Shown in pieces: positions 37,341-50,003 of a stretch of 64,000 bases of DNA. The notes beneath the pieces are model-generated. The model saw only the letters and a program-made list of their open reading frames with translations. It ran no database searches and was not told the DNA's origin. The stretch comes from Ruditapes philippinarum (taxonomy: Eukaryota): assembly GCF_026571515.1 (NCBI RefSeq), contig NW_026852705.1:434001-498000 (forward strand), given 5' to 3'. How positions within the stretch are numbered: the stretch's first letter is position 1; each line of letters starts with the position of its first letter. A program made the translations under genes and the position numbers.

Positions 37341-40300
37341 CTAGGCACCTTTACCTTTGTATGGAACTATAATCACCACCAGTATGGCCACAAACAGAAG
37401 CACAATAAATACCCAGTAACCTGAAATATACAAATAAAATCACTATGTAGCAACTGTCTTGTAATAAACCTGTTATTCAAAACAACAGCTCAACACGGGG
37501 AATAGCATGGACTTTGATGTTGAGACCTATGAATACTTCATAACGTCCCTGCCTTGCTTGGATTGTCAGAATATAAAATCAAACTAAAAATGATATCTCA
37601 TACAAGTTAGACAATATGCCTGACTATTTGGGCTACATCCCCCAAAACAAGCAAAAATATTAACCATTCATTCATCCAGCAATGCAAGGACAATTCTTGC
37701 AGTAATAACTTTTCAGAATTCTACACTATCTTCAGGAATTCTGATGAGGAGAGCTTGACATAAATGACACATAATCCATATATAAATTGTGTTTCAAACT
37801 TTATGCAGAGATAAAAATGGCCACTTATGTAACTATCTAGTTTGTTATCAAAGTCAAAAGAAAACACATATAGTTTTTGCTATTTTGACAGGAGTTTTTT
37901 TTACGACATTTTAAAAATACACTGCTTTTTTACCCAATACACCATCTAGTGGGTCAAGACACTCACCTTTTTCTTCAAAAAGTGGAGCTAAAATACACTG
38001 TTTTATATAAGGCAGTCATCTATCTCTTATTTTCACAAATTTACATATTTATATACATATAATATACATGTCTATGTTTAAGATGAAATATGTCTGTTTC
38101 CTGTGTAAGTTTTGCTAGGCACCTTTACCATTGCATAGGACTAAGTCAAAAGAAAACACATATGAGCCGTGTCATGACAAAACCAACATGGGTTTGCGAC
38201 CAGCATGGTTCCAGACCAGCCTGCGCTCGCGCGTTTACAGGACCCATGCTGTTCGTTTCCCAACTTTTTAAAGTAGAGAAACTGATATAAACGCATGGAT
38301 CTGACAACTGCGCGGTTGCGCAGGCGGGGTTGATCCATGCGGGGTCGCAACCCATTATGTTGGTTTTGTCATGCGCGGCTCATATAGTTTTGGCTATTTT
38401 CACAGGAGATATCTAAACTTGGCTTACACTATTACAAGTTTCTGAAGAACTTCATATCAATTTATAATCATGACACACCATTATATAGATGTAAATATAA
38501 TTTAAAAGCAATTTATACATATCACACACCATACTAGCCCAAATTATAATGTGTTTAGTTAACTGTGGGACTGAATCTAGCTCAGACAAAATATATTTTT
38601 CAGGTTTTTTTTTTTGTTGTTGTTTTTTTTGTTTTGTTTTTTTTAAATGAAAATTAACCACTATAGTTAGTATTGCACATACTTATTACATTTGTATAAT
38701 TCAATCAATTTTTTTATTGAATATTTGAAAATATTAACTTCATACTTGACTGCACATATAGAATCAAACAAGTGTCAGCAGAAATATGACATATTTATCA
38801 AGATTGTCAACAAGAAATTGAAGAAAATAATACAAAATCAGAAATTAAACAAATTTTAATCCATCCACTTAACACTGCAAATATTGGATACTGACCTATT
38901 GTAAGGTTAAGAAAGAAGTAAAGAAGAAATGTCTATCAGAATTCACCCAGGCTTAACTCTTAACTTATTGACCTTAAACCACCTTGACAAGCCTCTAATT
39001 TCAAAACTGTTCATTAGCAATGCTGAGGACATCAAGATGAAAGTTGATCCATCAACAGTATAGAACCTGGTAAGACATTCGAAAGTTCATGCTTGCCTGG
39101 CTCTATACTGGTGGTAAAATGTCTAATAACTTTCAATTTCAGCCAGGTAAGGCTTAAATTAATGTTTTCTGTGAATCATATATACAGGTACTTACAGCAT
39201 GTGGCTGATTTTCTATCTACTATTCTTATATGTCTTGTCTCCTTGATGAGTCTATGACCTGTCCTGTCTGTATGGTCAGTGATGTCATCTATCAAATCTG
39301 TAAATATTAAAAAATATATCTTGTTATATTCAACTCAATATCTCATTATATTCAAAACAATATTGTGTTATATTTCAATTCCATATCTCATCTTCAACTC
39401 AATATCTTGTTACATATGATCTCAATATCTTGTTATATTTCGACATCATTTAAAGATGTATTACTGTCCTTTATGTCGGAATTTTGGATATGAAAATCAA
39501 AAATTGTATTCGAAGGTTTAAAGCAGAAATTTTCGTTTGTGATATAAAATTGTTATTCTTAAGATACGCATTAATTTTGTATTACTGAGAACTGAGATCA
39601 AAAGTTAGATTACCATAGCCATTCTACACCCAATTCTTAAAATTTTGGTGGTTCGACTTCCTTAATAACCATCAGCACAGCTTCCTATAGGTGGCATGGG
39701 CCATATTTATGTATTGATGTATTTGTCAAATTAAGTAAACAATTCTTTTTATCAAGAATCATGTTGGTAAACTTCTTTCAACATATATCATTTAAGCATA
39801 CAATTTTTGTATGATATAAAAATGTTGGTTTTTTTTTTTTAATTTGTTTGTTTGTTCTTAAACCAATCTTAACACATTATTTGGTTCAGTCCAATAACAG
39901 GTTTTCCTGGATAACTTTTAATTCTTAACAAAATCAGAATGAATCATGGTATGCTGCTGTGTAAAGGTTAAAATTACATGAAAAGGAAATATGATCTTAT
40001 AAAATACAATACTTTATATTAATAACAAACTCAAGAACCTTAAATTCTAGAAGATTGTTGCTATTTGTGTATTAAATAACATATATTGAGGTCTTCCTCC
40101 ACCAGTAAAGCTTTGGTTATTATAATTTTATATAAATACTCAAATACCATATTATTTGGTTATTGATATAAAAAAATTCATGAGTTGATTACATCCTAAA
40201 TAAATTACGCCCGTAAGACAAACCATTTTAATAAATATTTAATTATACCATTTTGCGAGTCAACTTCATTTCCAATATCTAATGCCATATTTTTCTGTCT

Positions 40301-43300
40301 GGCAATCACATCAGACAATGCTTCAAGTCCTTGATCTTGTGCTGAAATATAAAGAATCGGACAATATATGTTAATGCTCTTGCTTTTGAATGAATTTTTG
40401 ACCTCATTCTCAGTTTTTCTCACTTTCGCAATTTTATTTTCGAATTTTTGGCAAACAAAATCAAATCTGTCATGCTGCAGGCTTAAGCTATCTTTTCTTC
40501 AACAATCATGTTTTATCCCCTTCTCCAGCTCCCTGCCCCCCGCCCTTCTGATTATTATCCCACTATCTATTGTAATGTGTGAATAGACCAATGATGGTAA
40601 ATTGTGACAACTCTTTGAGTGACCGCTTTTTACTTTATTTTTTATTTTTAAAATGCCATAATATGGAAACACAGGTCAAGTATTCTTGCATAAAAACTGT
40701 GCATGCAGGTATACATTTATAGCCAAACATGAGCAATTACCTAGAAAAGCATCCTGACAAAGTTTGATCATGATTGACGCAAGAATATGACTACTAGAGT
40801 GTTAACAAACAAATGTGGACGGACGAAAGACATTCAACGATCCTAAAAGCTCATCCTGAGGAAGCTCAGGTGAGCTAACAAAAATCATTAATAGATAAAA
40901 TCAAGTAGGCATGTACAGTTGTTGCACATTTCTAAATATGCATGACTGCATAGCTTACTGTGATAGATAAACTGGTTATTTAATCATCAAAATACAATTG
41001 TCAAATGACATCCCACTAGCCCGTGAAAAGCATGACGAAATGTTTATTTATATGAAAAACAAATAAAGCAATGCAGAATTTCCGAATCAGACATGTACTT
41101 TTATGCAAGAAGAGCACTTACCCACTACATTTTTTAATTTGTAATCCGCAGAAGCCCTCCGAATTATAATTTCTCTCCCTCCTGCCTGAGACTTTATATA
41201 TTTACTAGTACCTCCACAGATGTTAATTCAACTAAAAAGATGTATTAATCCTCTACTTTCAAATAAAAATGATAAAACATGTAAACTTTATGCGTCCTTT
41301 TTCCAGCATGTATTTATTGATTTTTAGTCTGCAGTAGGTATTAAAGTTTTTAAAATTTTAAAGAAGACAGAAATACCTTGTATAATTTGTTGTTGTTGTA
41401 CTCGTATTTCAGAATTGCCAACATTTCTCAAATCTTCTGGCTCTTCATGTACCCCCCATACATCAGCCGATTCTGATCCTCCAGTCATCAAGTTATACCT
41501 AAAATATTTTACACAACAAGAGCACATTTATTTTAGTCATTTTGGTGAAAAACTTAGATGCTGTTAAAAACTAGAAATGTGTCCATAGGACACGGATGCC
41601 CCCACACGCCACTGTTCTGTCAATCTTATGACTCTAGGTCAAATATTTTTTGGACTACATGTGCCACAAGTTGAAAACTAAAAATCAACAAAGGGCCATA
41701 ATTCTGTTAAATTTGGTCGCAGCAAAAATTCCTACCTTTACTACCATCTACACATTAAGGTTGTTAATCCCTGGAAGTTTAAGCAAAGTCTGCTATCCGG
41801 TTTAAGAGGAGTTGCGTTCACAAAATTTCTACATAGTATATAATGAAAAAATCAACAAAGGGCCATAATTCTGTTAAATTTGGTCGCAGCAAAAATTCCT
41901 TCCTTTACTACCATCTACACATTAAGGTTGTTAATCCCTGGAAGTTTAAGCAAAATCTGCCATCCTGTTTAAGAGGAGTTGCATTCACAAAATTTCTACA
42001 TAGTATATAGTGAAAAAATCAACAAAGGGCCATAATTCTGTTAAATTTGGTCGCAGCGAAAATTCCTTCCTTTACTACCATCTTCACCTTAAGGTTGTTC
42101 ATCCCTGTAAGTTTAAGCAAAATCTGCCATGCGGTTTAAGAGGAGTTGCGTTCACAAAATTTCTACATAGTATATAGTGAAAAAATCAACAAAGGGCCAT
42201 AACTCTGTTAAATTTGGTCGCAGCAAAAATTCCTTCCTTTACTACCATCTACACATTAAGGTTGTTTATCCCTGTAAGTTTAAGCAAAATCTGCCATGCG
42301 GTTTAAGAGGAGTTGCGTTCACAAAATTTCTACATAGTATATAGTGAAAAAATCAACAAAGGGCCATAATTCTGTTAAATTTGGTCGCAGCGAAAATTCC
42401 TTCCTTTACTACCATCTACACATTAAGGTTGTTCATCCCTGTAAGTTTAAGCAAAATCTGCCATCCGGTTTAAGAGGAGTTGCGTTCACAAGATTTCGGG
42501 ACGTACGGACGGACTGACGGACGGACGGACTGACGGACGGACAAGTGCAACGCTATATGCTCCCACATTGGGGGGCATAAAAAAAACATGCTTCCAAGCA
42601 AACTAAATGAACTTAACAGGGGTTCCACTAGCCATGGAATCCTGAGGCCAGTATGGAGTCAGTTTTGCTAAAAACAAGGTCAAATCTCATGATTTTAACA
42701 AAATATATTCAGTTAAAATGTTAAGGGTCAATTCAGGCCTTTATGAAATTTGAAGGAAAAAAGGGTCATTTCAAGGGTCAAATGGACACCCTGCTTAACT
42801 TCTTCTACATTTTACTCTTCACATCATACAGAAAATATCAAACAAGGCGTCCCTGGCCAGTGTGTCCCACTATTACCATGCTTATCCTACAATAATGCAA
42901 CAATACAACTCTATATAATCTGTGACACCTACCTGGATTCTCCTGCCTCATTGCGGAATGCTTGTTCAATTTGTTTCTCTTTCGTTGTAAGATTGTCTAT
43001 CATTACTTGGCGTCTCTCCACCTCTCTTTGTGTTCTTATTAAACATCAAGGAAAAAACAGATGAACTTGGGTTATGACCTTAAGCTGTCAAAATTTAATC
43101 TAAGACTAACATACACTGGGTAAAAGCATCTACACACAGCGGGTAAAAGCATCTACAAACAGCGGGTAGAAACATCTACTTCCTGTGCTAACAACAAACA
43201 ATACAAGTTAAATAAGGTTACAAGAAATGATATTGTGAAGTTGTGAACAGAAGTTATAAATGCTTGTGTTCACAAAAAACCATACACACTGAATTTTAAT

Positions 43301-45910
43301 ATATATAAATGATAATGTGATTTCATTTCTGCACAAATGTAATATACCAGGTATCTGAAAAATATTGCATATTTACCAACAATCATTTTAAGCTTTTTGT
43401 GGTAAAGGTCACAGCAACCTTGACCTTTGACCAATGACCTGAAAATATGGGTCATCTACTAGTCTAAACCAATGTCTGTATCAAATCTAAAGATCATGAA
43501 GGATACATGTGATAGGATGATGTTGCTCTGATCAATCCATTCTTCAATTTTTGTAGATCTCCAGAAAACTGTTTCATAGATGAGCGTACTTGTGCTGACA
43601 ACTACAAAATATATACATGTATAAAATGGTCAAAACTGTTCTTAAAATTGGTAATTTTACAAAAAAAGATACATGTCATAAGTTACAGATAGACTATACA
43701 AAGGAAACTTTGAATAATCATTAGCAACAGAGTTTATATGCAAACATGTAGTCTTAAAAACAGAAGAGGTTTTCAGCAAAAAGAAAAGAATTCTCAATGG
43801 TTGATCTAAATAAATGCAAGTTATACACAATCATGTACCTTTGTATATGGAGTACTGGTTCTGTTATGTTTGTTTCTTTCGTTGATTTTTTGCATTATAT
43901 CCTGCCCTAGTTCCAGGCATCTGTCATAGTCTGTAAGCCTATAATATAATGGGTATCCACTTTTTTATTTATTGTTGTCTAGCATACAAAATTAAATACT
44001 TAAGTATATTACTGAAAATTAATTAAGTTAACAGAGAGGTGAAAAACTGAGCAGTGTCAAGTATAGTAAATGACAAATCTTTTAGACAAAATGACCCTCG
44101 GAATACCATACTGCTGCTCTACCCACTGAGCTATCCAGCCTCTTACGCATCATCTCCCCTTAATAGTGAACAGTTTTGCACTGTGATATACTCCCCTGCT
44201 ATATTGAAATTTGTCCTCGAATATCACAGAGTTACAGGGCAATGTAAATTAAACTCTAAGCTATATTCAGTCACGGTCCCCCGTTGGGCGCCAAATGTCA
44301 AAGGGTGAGAAAAATGTGCAGCCTGACCAGGACTCGAATCCAGGACCCTCTGAATATCGTACCTTGGCTCTACCAACTGAGCTATCCGGCCGCTTACACA
44401 TCATCTCCCCTAAATAGTGAACAGTTCTGAACCATGACAACATTAAAATATGATTTTGACATTGTGTAATGCCATTTGGTCATGCAATTATGTTGCAAAG
44501 AAGTACAATTATAGGATTCAAGTGTATGGAAGTATGCAACTTTCCACTAAAATTATCATATTTGTTGGAACCAGACCAAGAATAAACATAGATCTATACA
44601 TGTATTTATTCTGATTCATTTGGACTAAAGTAATAATAAGAAATGTAATTATTATTGTGAGATGTATACACTAGTACCTTTTTACGACTTGATATTGCTC
44701 AGAGTTAGACATTTTTTGATACAATAGAATGTTAATGCACCTTTTTACTTGCCTAAACATCTAAAGAAACACAAGGATGCCTGACATATGTAAATGTAAA
44801 GTCCAAGCGTGAAGAGTAAGCAGGGATTAAATAAGTCTGAGGGCTTTTACAGATTATTAGCACTAAATTTACATACAAGTTAATGTCTGTCTTGTTAATT
44901 CCCCATTATCAGTTTTTCAAAATAAAAAATATTATCACTCTTTAAAGTTTTATATGCTAATGCGATGTCATTTGACAGTTATGTTTTGATAATGGAACTA
45001 CTGTGTAGTAATTGCTCAGGATTTAATACTTTATTGGCAAAGTCAACTTTTCTTTGATGTTTCGAAAGGGCGAAATGGGGATAATAATCAGTTAATATGT
45101 CTGACTACCTCGCAGTGAGCCCTTAGTCAAAATATATTGTTGTGCCAAAGCTAGATTCTGAGATATCTTTTTTCTGGGTCAGAATCTCGCTTCATAGCGG
45201 GGAGATATTGACCATACACAAAATACTGTAACACTTTATTTAAATACAAAATAGCATAATATCTCATTGCTTAGTATGTACATAAGTCGGACTAGATATT
45301 GTCCATAGTGATAAAAAAAATAGCACATCTCATCACATAGTACAATAAGTTGGACTTAGTGCTGTATACATTTCAATAATAATTAATAGTGAGAAATGAA
45401 ATTGGCAACTTGAATATAAGATGAAGTATGCCACAAAGAAGTAACATTGTAAAAATGGTAGCATTTCATTTTTTAGCAGCCATGTTAACATCTACAAAAA
45501 TTATAGACATGGGCTTTATTACATGCACATAGATGTATAGACATGTCAATAACCACTTATCAATAGAAAGCAACTTTTCCTGCACCTGACCATGACTCAT
45601 GGAATGGCTATAAAAATAATTGCGAATTCTTATTGTCTGTCTGAGAGTATCTCTTCATAAAAGCACAAGTCATGCCATAATTCTCTTACTTTATGAGTTC
45701 CAACATAAAATAGATCTATAACTTTCGTTTTAATCTTAAACACTGTTAAAACTGTTAAACGCCCCCAAAGTAGAATCTTACTTCATTAAATTCAATATTT
45801 ATAAGAATCATTATTAAAAAAAATAAGAACATCTCAATTAAAATGAATAATTTAATTAAGATGCAAATATATAGGGTACAGCAGGATTTATTTTACCAAG
45901 AATCTGTCAT
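37341..45910 (-). CDS. STX8: Syntaxin-8 (Qc-SNARE), 235 aa
   Basis: Eight exons: 45910-45897 (MTDSW), 43938-43839, 43601-43507, 43034-42933, 41498-41377, 40341-40249, 39297-39196, 37420-37341, total 708 nt with consistent phases. N-terminal DSWLTDYD helix bundle, ITQREVERRQ, SNARE motif QQIIQAQDQGLEALSDVIARQKNMALDIGNEVDSQNDLIDD and C-terminal TM segment YWVFIVLLFVAILVVIIV. Confidence 0.93.
37913..38129. repeat. Local duplication of the STX8 stop codon and 3'UTR (copy of 37142-37355)
   Basis: Collinear ~215-bp match from AAAAATACACTG to GCTAGGCACCTTTACC. Confidence 0.85.
38163..38382. mobile_element. Palindromic MITE copy 5 (degenerate, STX8 last intron)
   Basis: Same TIRs, flanked TA/TA; an empty paralogous site is at 37851-37894. 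Confidence 0.85.
41569..42582. mobile_element. Helentron-associated element with five ~168-bp tandem units (STX8 intron 4)
   Basis: AACTAGAAATGTGTCC...ATGCCCCC head; AAAATCAACAAAGGGCCATAA at ~41681, 41848, 42015, 42182 and 42349; (GACG)n; 3' hairpin ATGCTCCCACATTGGGGGGCAT followed by an A-run. Confidence 0.85.
43035..43506 (-). other. U12-type (minor spliceosome) GT-AG intron 3 of STX8
   Basis: 5' splice site |GTATCCTTC. Branch site TTCCTTGAT (43053-43045) with the A ~12 nt before an AAG acceptor. No polypyrimidine tract between branch site and acceptor. Confidence 0.88.
44030..44439 (-). mobile_element. Miniature LTR retrotransposon (TRIM) with tRNA-like sequence in the LTRs (Helenus-type)
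   Basis: 5' LTR 44439-44296 (TGTCA...TGACA, 144 bp) contains A-box TAGCTCAGTTGG and B-box GGATTCGAGTCC. PBS TGGCGCCCAACGGGGGAC (44293-44276) resembles the tRNA-Lys PBS. PPT AGCAGGGGAG (44200-44191). Degenerate 3' LTR from 44188. Confidence 0.8.
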
Positions 45911-48900
45911 TTTTCTGACAACTTTTTTGTTTATACGGTGATGGCTTAAATTAGTCCCGATATTGGCGAGCTTGATTAGTAGAATAGAATAGAACAGAAT
46001 ATTATCTGTCCATACGGAAAATCTAAAGAGCGAAAAGGGATCCATTTTCCAAGCAATTTTTTTCTACATTGATGCCAATGGTAATCAACCAGAAAGAATT
46101 GTAACGTAAGTCGTTATTTAATGTGTATGTGTTTTTACTTGGATTTTTTTCAATTGATATACTATTGTATCCACTGACTTTGAAGACTATTCACACAAAA
46201 ACCAGAAAAAGGAAAGTCGCTAAATAATAATTTTCTTCCAGAAGGAATAAACATCAGCATGCAATTGCATACTTATATTACCACAGTCTATAATTGTTGA
46301 TGGTGATAAGCTTTTCTGTTTTCTGTTCTATATTTTAAACATGGTACTCTCTAATATCACCCACTTCTCGAACAATATCTAATTAATGTAGGAAAGCAAT
46401 GTACATAATTAATGCATCTACTTTCCTGCATATAGCCTGGGACTCATGAGGGATGTTACACATATTCATTATCGCTCATAAACAGACTCAATCAAACCGA
46501 GTCTGCAATTCTCTTGTAATTTTGTTGTGATTAATGCTTCCAAGGGATCACTTTGTTTCCAGATCTTTTTACTATATAACATTATATTTTATCATACAGT
46601 ATAGATCTACTTATACGTAAATGAAATATTGAGAAATATTGATAAAAAATGCATTTTTTTCATTTTCCTCATTTCACTGTAAATAATTATTTTTCATTGC
46701 ATGAAAGTATTTTTAAATGGTGTTTTGCAGCACTTTTTTCTTCTAAACTCACCCACTTCAAAAAAATTGAGAAAAGTCAAAATAAGCAGAAAATACAGGG
46801 TTTTTTGTATAAATTAATGATATATTAATTCCATCTCGTGGTTTGAAAATGATAACATTAATATTTATCTTCAAACCACTCGATGAAAATCAATCCCGTA
46901 TTCATAGTAACACGGATTTATATTACTTATAAATCCGTGATAGAAACAAGAAATATTTTCATAAAAAGATACTTGATCGAGGTAAATGAACTTTTTGTTG
47001 CAAAACTATTCCGGATTTTTGTATTCATGAAACATGTTAGCAGTGCAAGTTTATTGATCTAGAAATGCTAGTTATTACGTGTTGTGCAATTCAAATTTGT
47101 GATTGCAAACAGTTATGCATGGCTCTCAGTAGGGTTAGTCCCACAAACTGCACTACGTTGATGTATTGTGATATTTTTAATATGTATATGTAATATATCC
47201 TTAAACGACGTAATTCTGACCGATTTTCAGACCCAGCTAGAACACATAGGTACACCAGAATCTAGCTTTGGATGCTGGAATATTTTGCAATCTGAATGTT
47301 TCGAATCACAATTAAAAAGAAAATATGATACAACTTCACATCTTCATCTATATCATATGCTAAGTGTGGAAGCTTCCTAACTCCCATTCCCATGAATTCA
47401 CGTTGCTCGCCACGTTCCAGTCGACTTACACTACGAGCAAGGGCGCCGTTTGTGGGAAAGCTGTTAAAAACAGTTGCACACCAATTATATAGTACAAAGA
47501 TAAAAGCGGAGTTTTGAAAAAAGGAAACTACAAGACTGAGAATAAAAGTTATAAAAGCCAAGACCTAACTAAATGGTAAACAAGATGCGTGCCAAGAGGG
47601 TCTCAACTGGTTAGCTTGTAAGGACAAGGGTAGGCCATTCCACAGACAAATACTTGTGGGGGAAAATTAATAGACCTTTTAATTTAAGACCGTATTCAAG
47701 TTGTCGCCCTTTGATGACGTCATTGGGGGATACGGTGGACAATGCCGATACGATTAAGTACAATAATACAGGGATATAAAGATCTCTATCCTTTCTCTTG
47801 TAAGATTGGTTGATTGAAATTGCCAAAATTATGTGTAATTGAATAAGATATTTCATAAAAAGGGTGGGTGAATTGAATAAAAATGTTTACTATTAATAAG
47901 GTTAACGATTTGTTATAATAGTAGACCATCTTGCTGGGTAACTGATATGATTACCATTTTCGTTAGATTCTTAATGAAATGAAAATTTACCAGGCAGTTA
48001 AATCGTACTTGTTAATACCATAGAGATATAGATAATGTATTTATGTCTCTGCTAATATACAATACCCAAAAGATATTTTGAGTTTCAAAAATGTAAGGAT
48101 TCTGTAGTTTCGAAAAACGGCTGCGTAAAAATTAATTGCAAGATACTGATTATTAAAAATCATTTTGATTTAAGCATACTAAGACAAAGAAAACACAACA
48201 ATCTTAATCTATGTAATTTCAAAACAAAATTGTAAAAGCATAATAGGTAAAAATTTTTTGAATGTACATGACTGATATACTATTTGTGTCGGCAAAAAAT
48301 GCACTCTCAAAAAAATCGTACATCACACCAATATATTTAAGCTGGTAAAGTAATATTTTCAACTTGATACTTTTTTAATTCATACTCTGCTATCAAATAT
48401 TTTAAAAAGAAATCATCAAAAAAACATAAAACAAGTTGTGAAACACGTTCACAGAAATTCGTTATTAACTGAATTATAATTTTACGTATTTTTGACTGTG
48501 CCAGTTGGTAGGACTATGGATCGATCGAGTATCAAATCAGTAAGGCATGACCAAAAAAAATCGCTAGGATGATCAATAACAAAATTCGGACCATAAAATA
48601 TTTGACAACTAACAAAAGTGACATAATCTGATGTAATGTTATAACTCTAAAAAAATGCCACCCTGGTGATTTATGATATCTACAGCCAAGTGCGCTTGTA
48701 TATAACAACATATGCACCCTGTTAATGTTACGGCCCAGTGGCGCTTATATACACACATCTATTTATCTATGAAATAAGTTACTGGAAAAAGGTCTTTATT
48801 TTTATAACCATAAGAATATATTTTTAATATCAAAATTATCTTATTATCGTCTGTTGCGAATCTAAAATTATAAAAGTCAATGCCACATGGTTTTCGTTCT

Positions 48901-49199
48901 TTTCGGAATATTTATAAAATTATATCCTTCACTGGTTCTTTGAAATTATTTTTATACGGCATAATGAAAAAGAATCAGTAAGGTGACAGAATGTATTCTG
49001 TTATTTTTATATTAAAGCTTGAAAAACAATCATTAAAAGACATTGGCAATCTTATTTTCATGTTTGTCACAAATACTCCGGAATTTTCTAAATGACAGAA
49101 AATAACACAGAAAACTAGAAAATGGCCATTTAAATTTATAATAGGAGTGGTATTGTATCCTTGAGTATGGTATCAGGTAGTTCACTTTTCTAATTGGTA

Positions 49200-50003
49200 T
49201 CAGATGGTGATGGTCGACCCTCACAAGGCTGTGTTAGATTTTGTAGAGTAGGGTAAAGAGCTCATGTTGCGCCTCTGCTCTAGAGTTTGCCAATTAAGTT
49301 CACTTATCATTTTAGATACACTCACGGATTTCCGTGATACACTACTGGTGTAATTGTAGTTGCTTTTGCTGTTGTGTTGTTTATATGATTGATCCAAGAT
49401 AGATCTTTATTAATTGTTACTCCTAAATATTTTGCAGCCTCAGTGGATTTTAGTTGTTGACCATGTACATTATAAGGGAATGCTACTAGACGTTTTTTTG
49501 CGGCTGATACTAAGGAGTTTACATTTATCTGGATTAAATTCCATGGACCAATCAGATTCCCAGTTTTCAAGACTGTTGAGATCTTTTTGGAGGGTTTGTG
49601 CATCTTGGGTTGATTTGAATGTTAAGTATACTATTGTATCGTCTGCAAATAGTCTAACCTTGCCCTTAACACTATCAGGGAGGTCATTTATGTAAGATAA
49701 GAAAAGGCAAGGTCCCAGGACCGAGCTTTGGTGGACACCAGAAAGAACTGGTAGATTGTCAGAGTTTTGACCATCGACAACGACTTGTTGGGTGCGACCA
49801 TATAAAAATGACCTTGTCCAATTGATGACCTTTGAGCTAACACCTAGTCTATGTAGTTTAAGGACAAGCTTGTGATGGTCGACTTTATCAAATGCTTTGC
49901 TGAAGTCCATGACAATGAAATCGGTCTGTTGGCCTTGCTCTAAATTGTCATGAACTTCCTGAGTGAAACTGATAAGCTGGGTTTCACAGCTATGTTTTGA
50001 CCC
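49200..50003 (-). mobile_element. 5'-truncated, frameshifted non-LTR retrotransposon RT fragment (CR1/L2-like group)
   Basis: HSCETQL...MDFSKAFDKVDH...SGVHQSSVLGPCLFLSYINDLP...LFADDT...WSMEFNPDKC, then KYLGVTINKDLSWINHIN in another frame. Confidence 0.9.

Noticed and set aside
44315-44392. tRNA gene on the minus strand
   Set aside because: A and B boxes are present, but the anticodon arm is poor, there is no CCA context, and it sits inside an LTR with a PBS and PPT.
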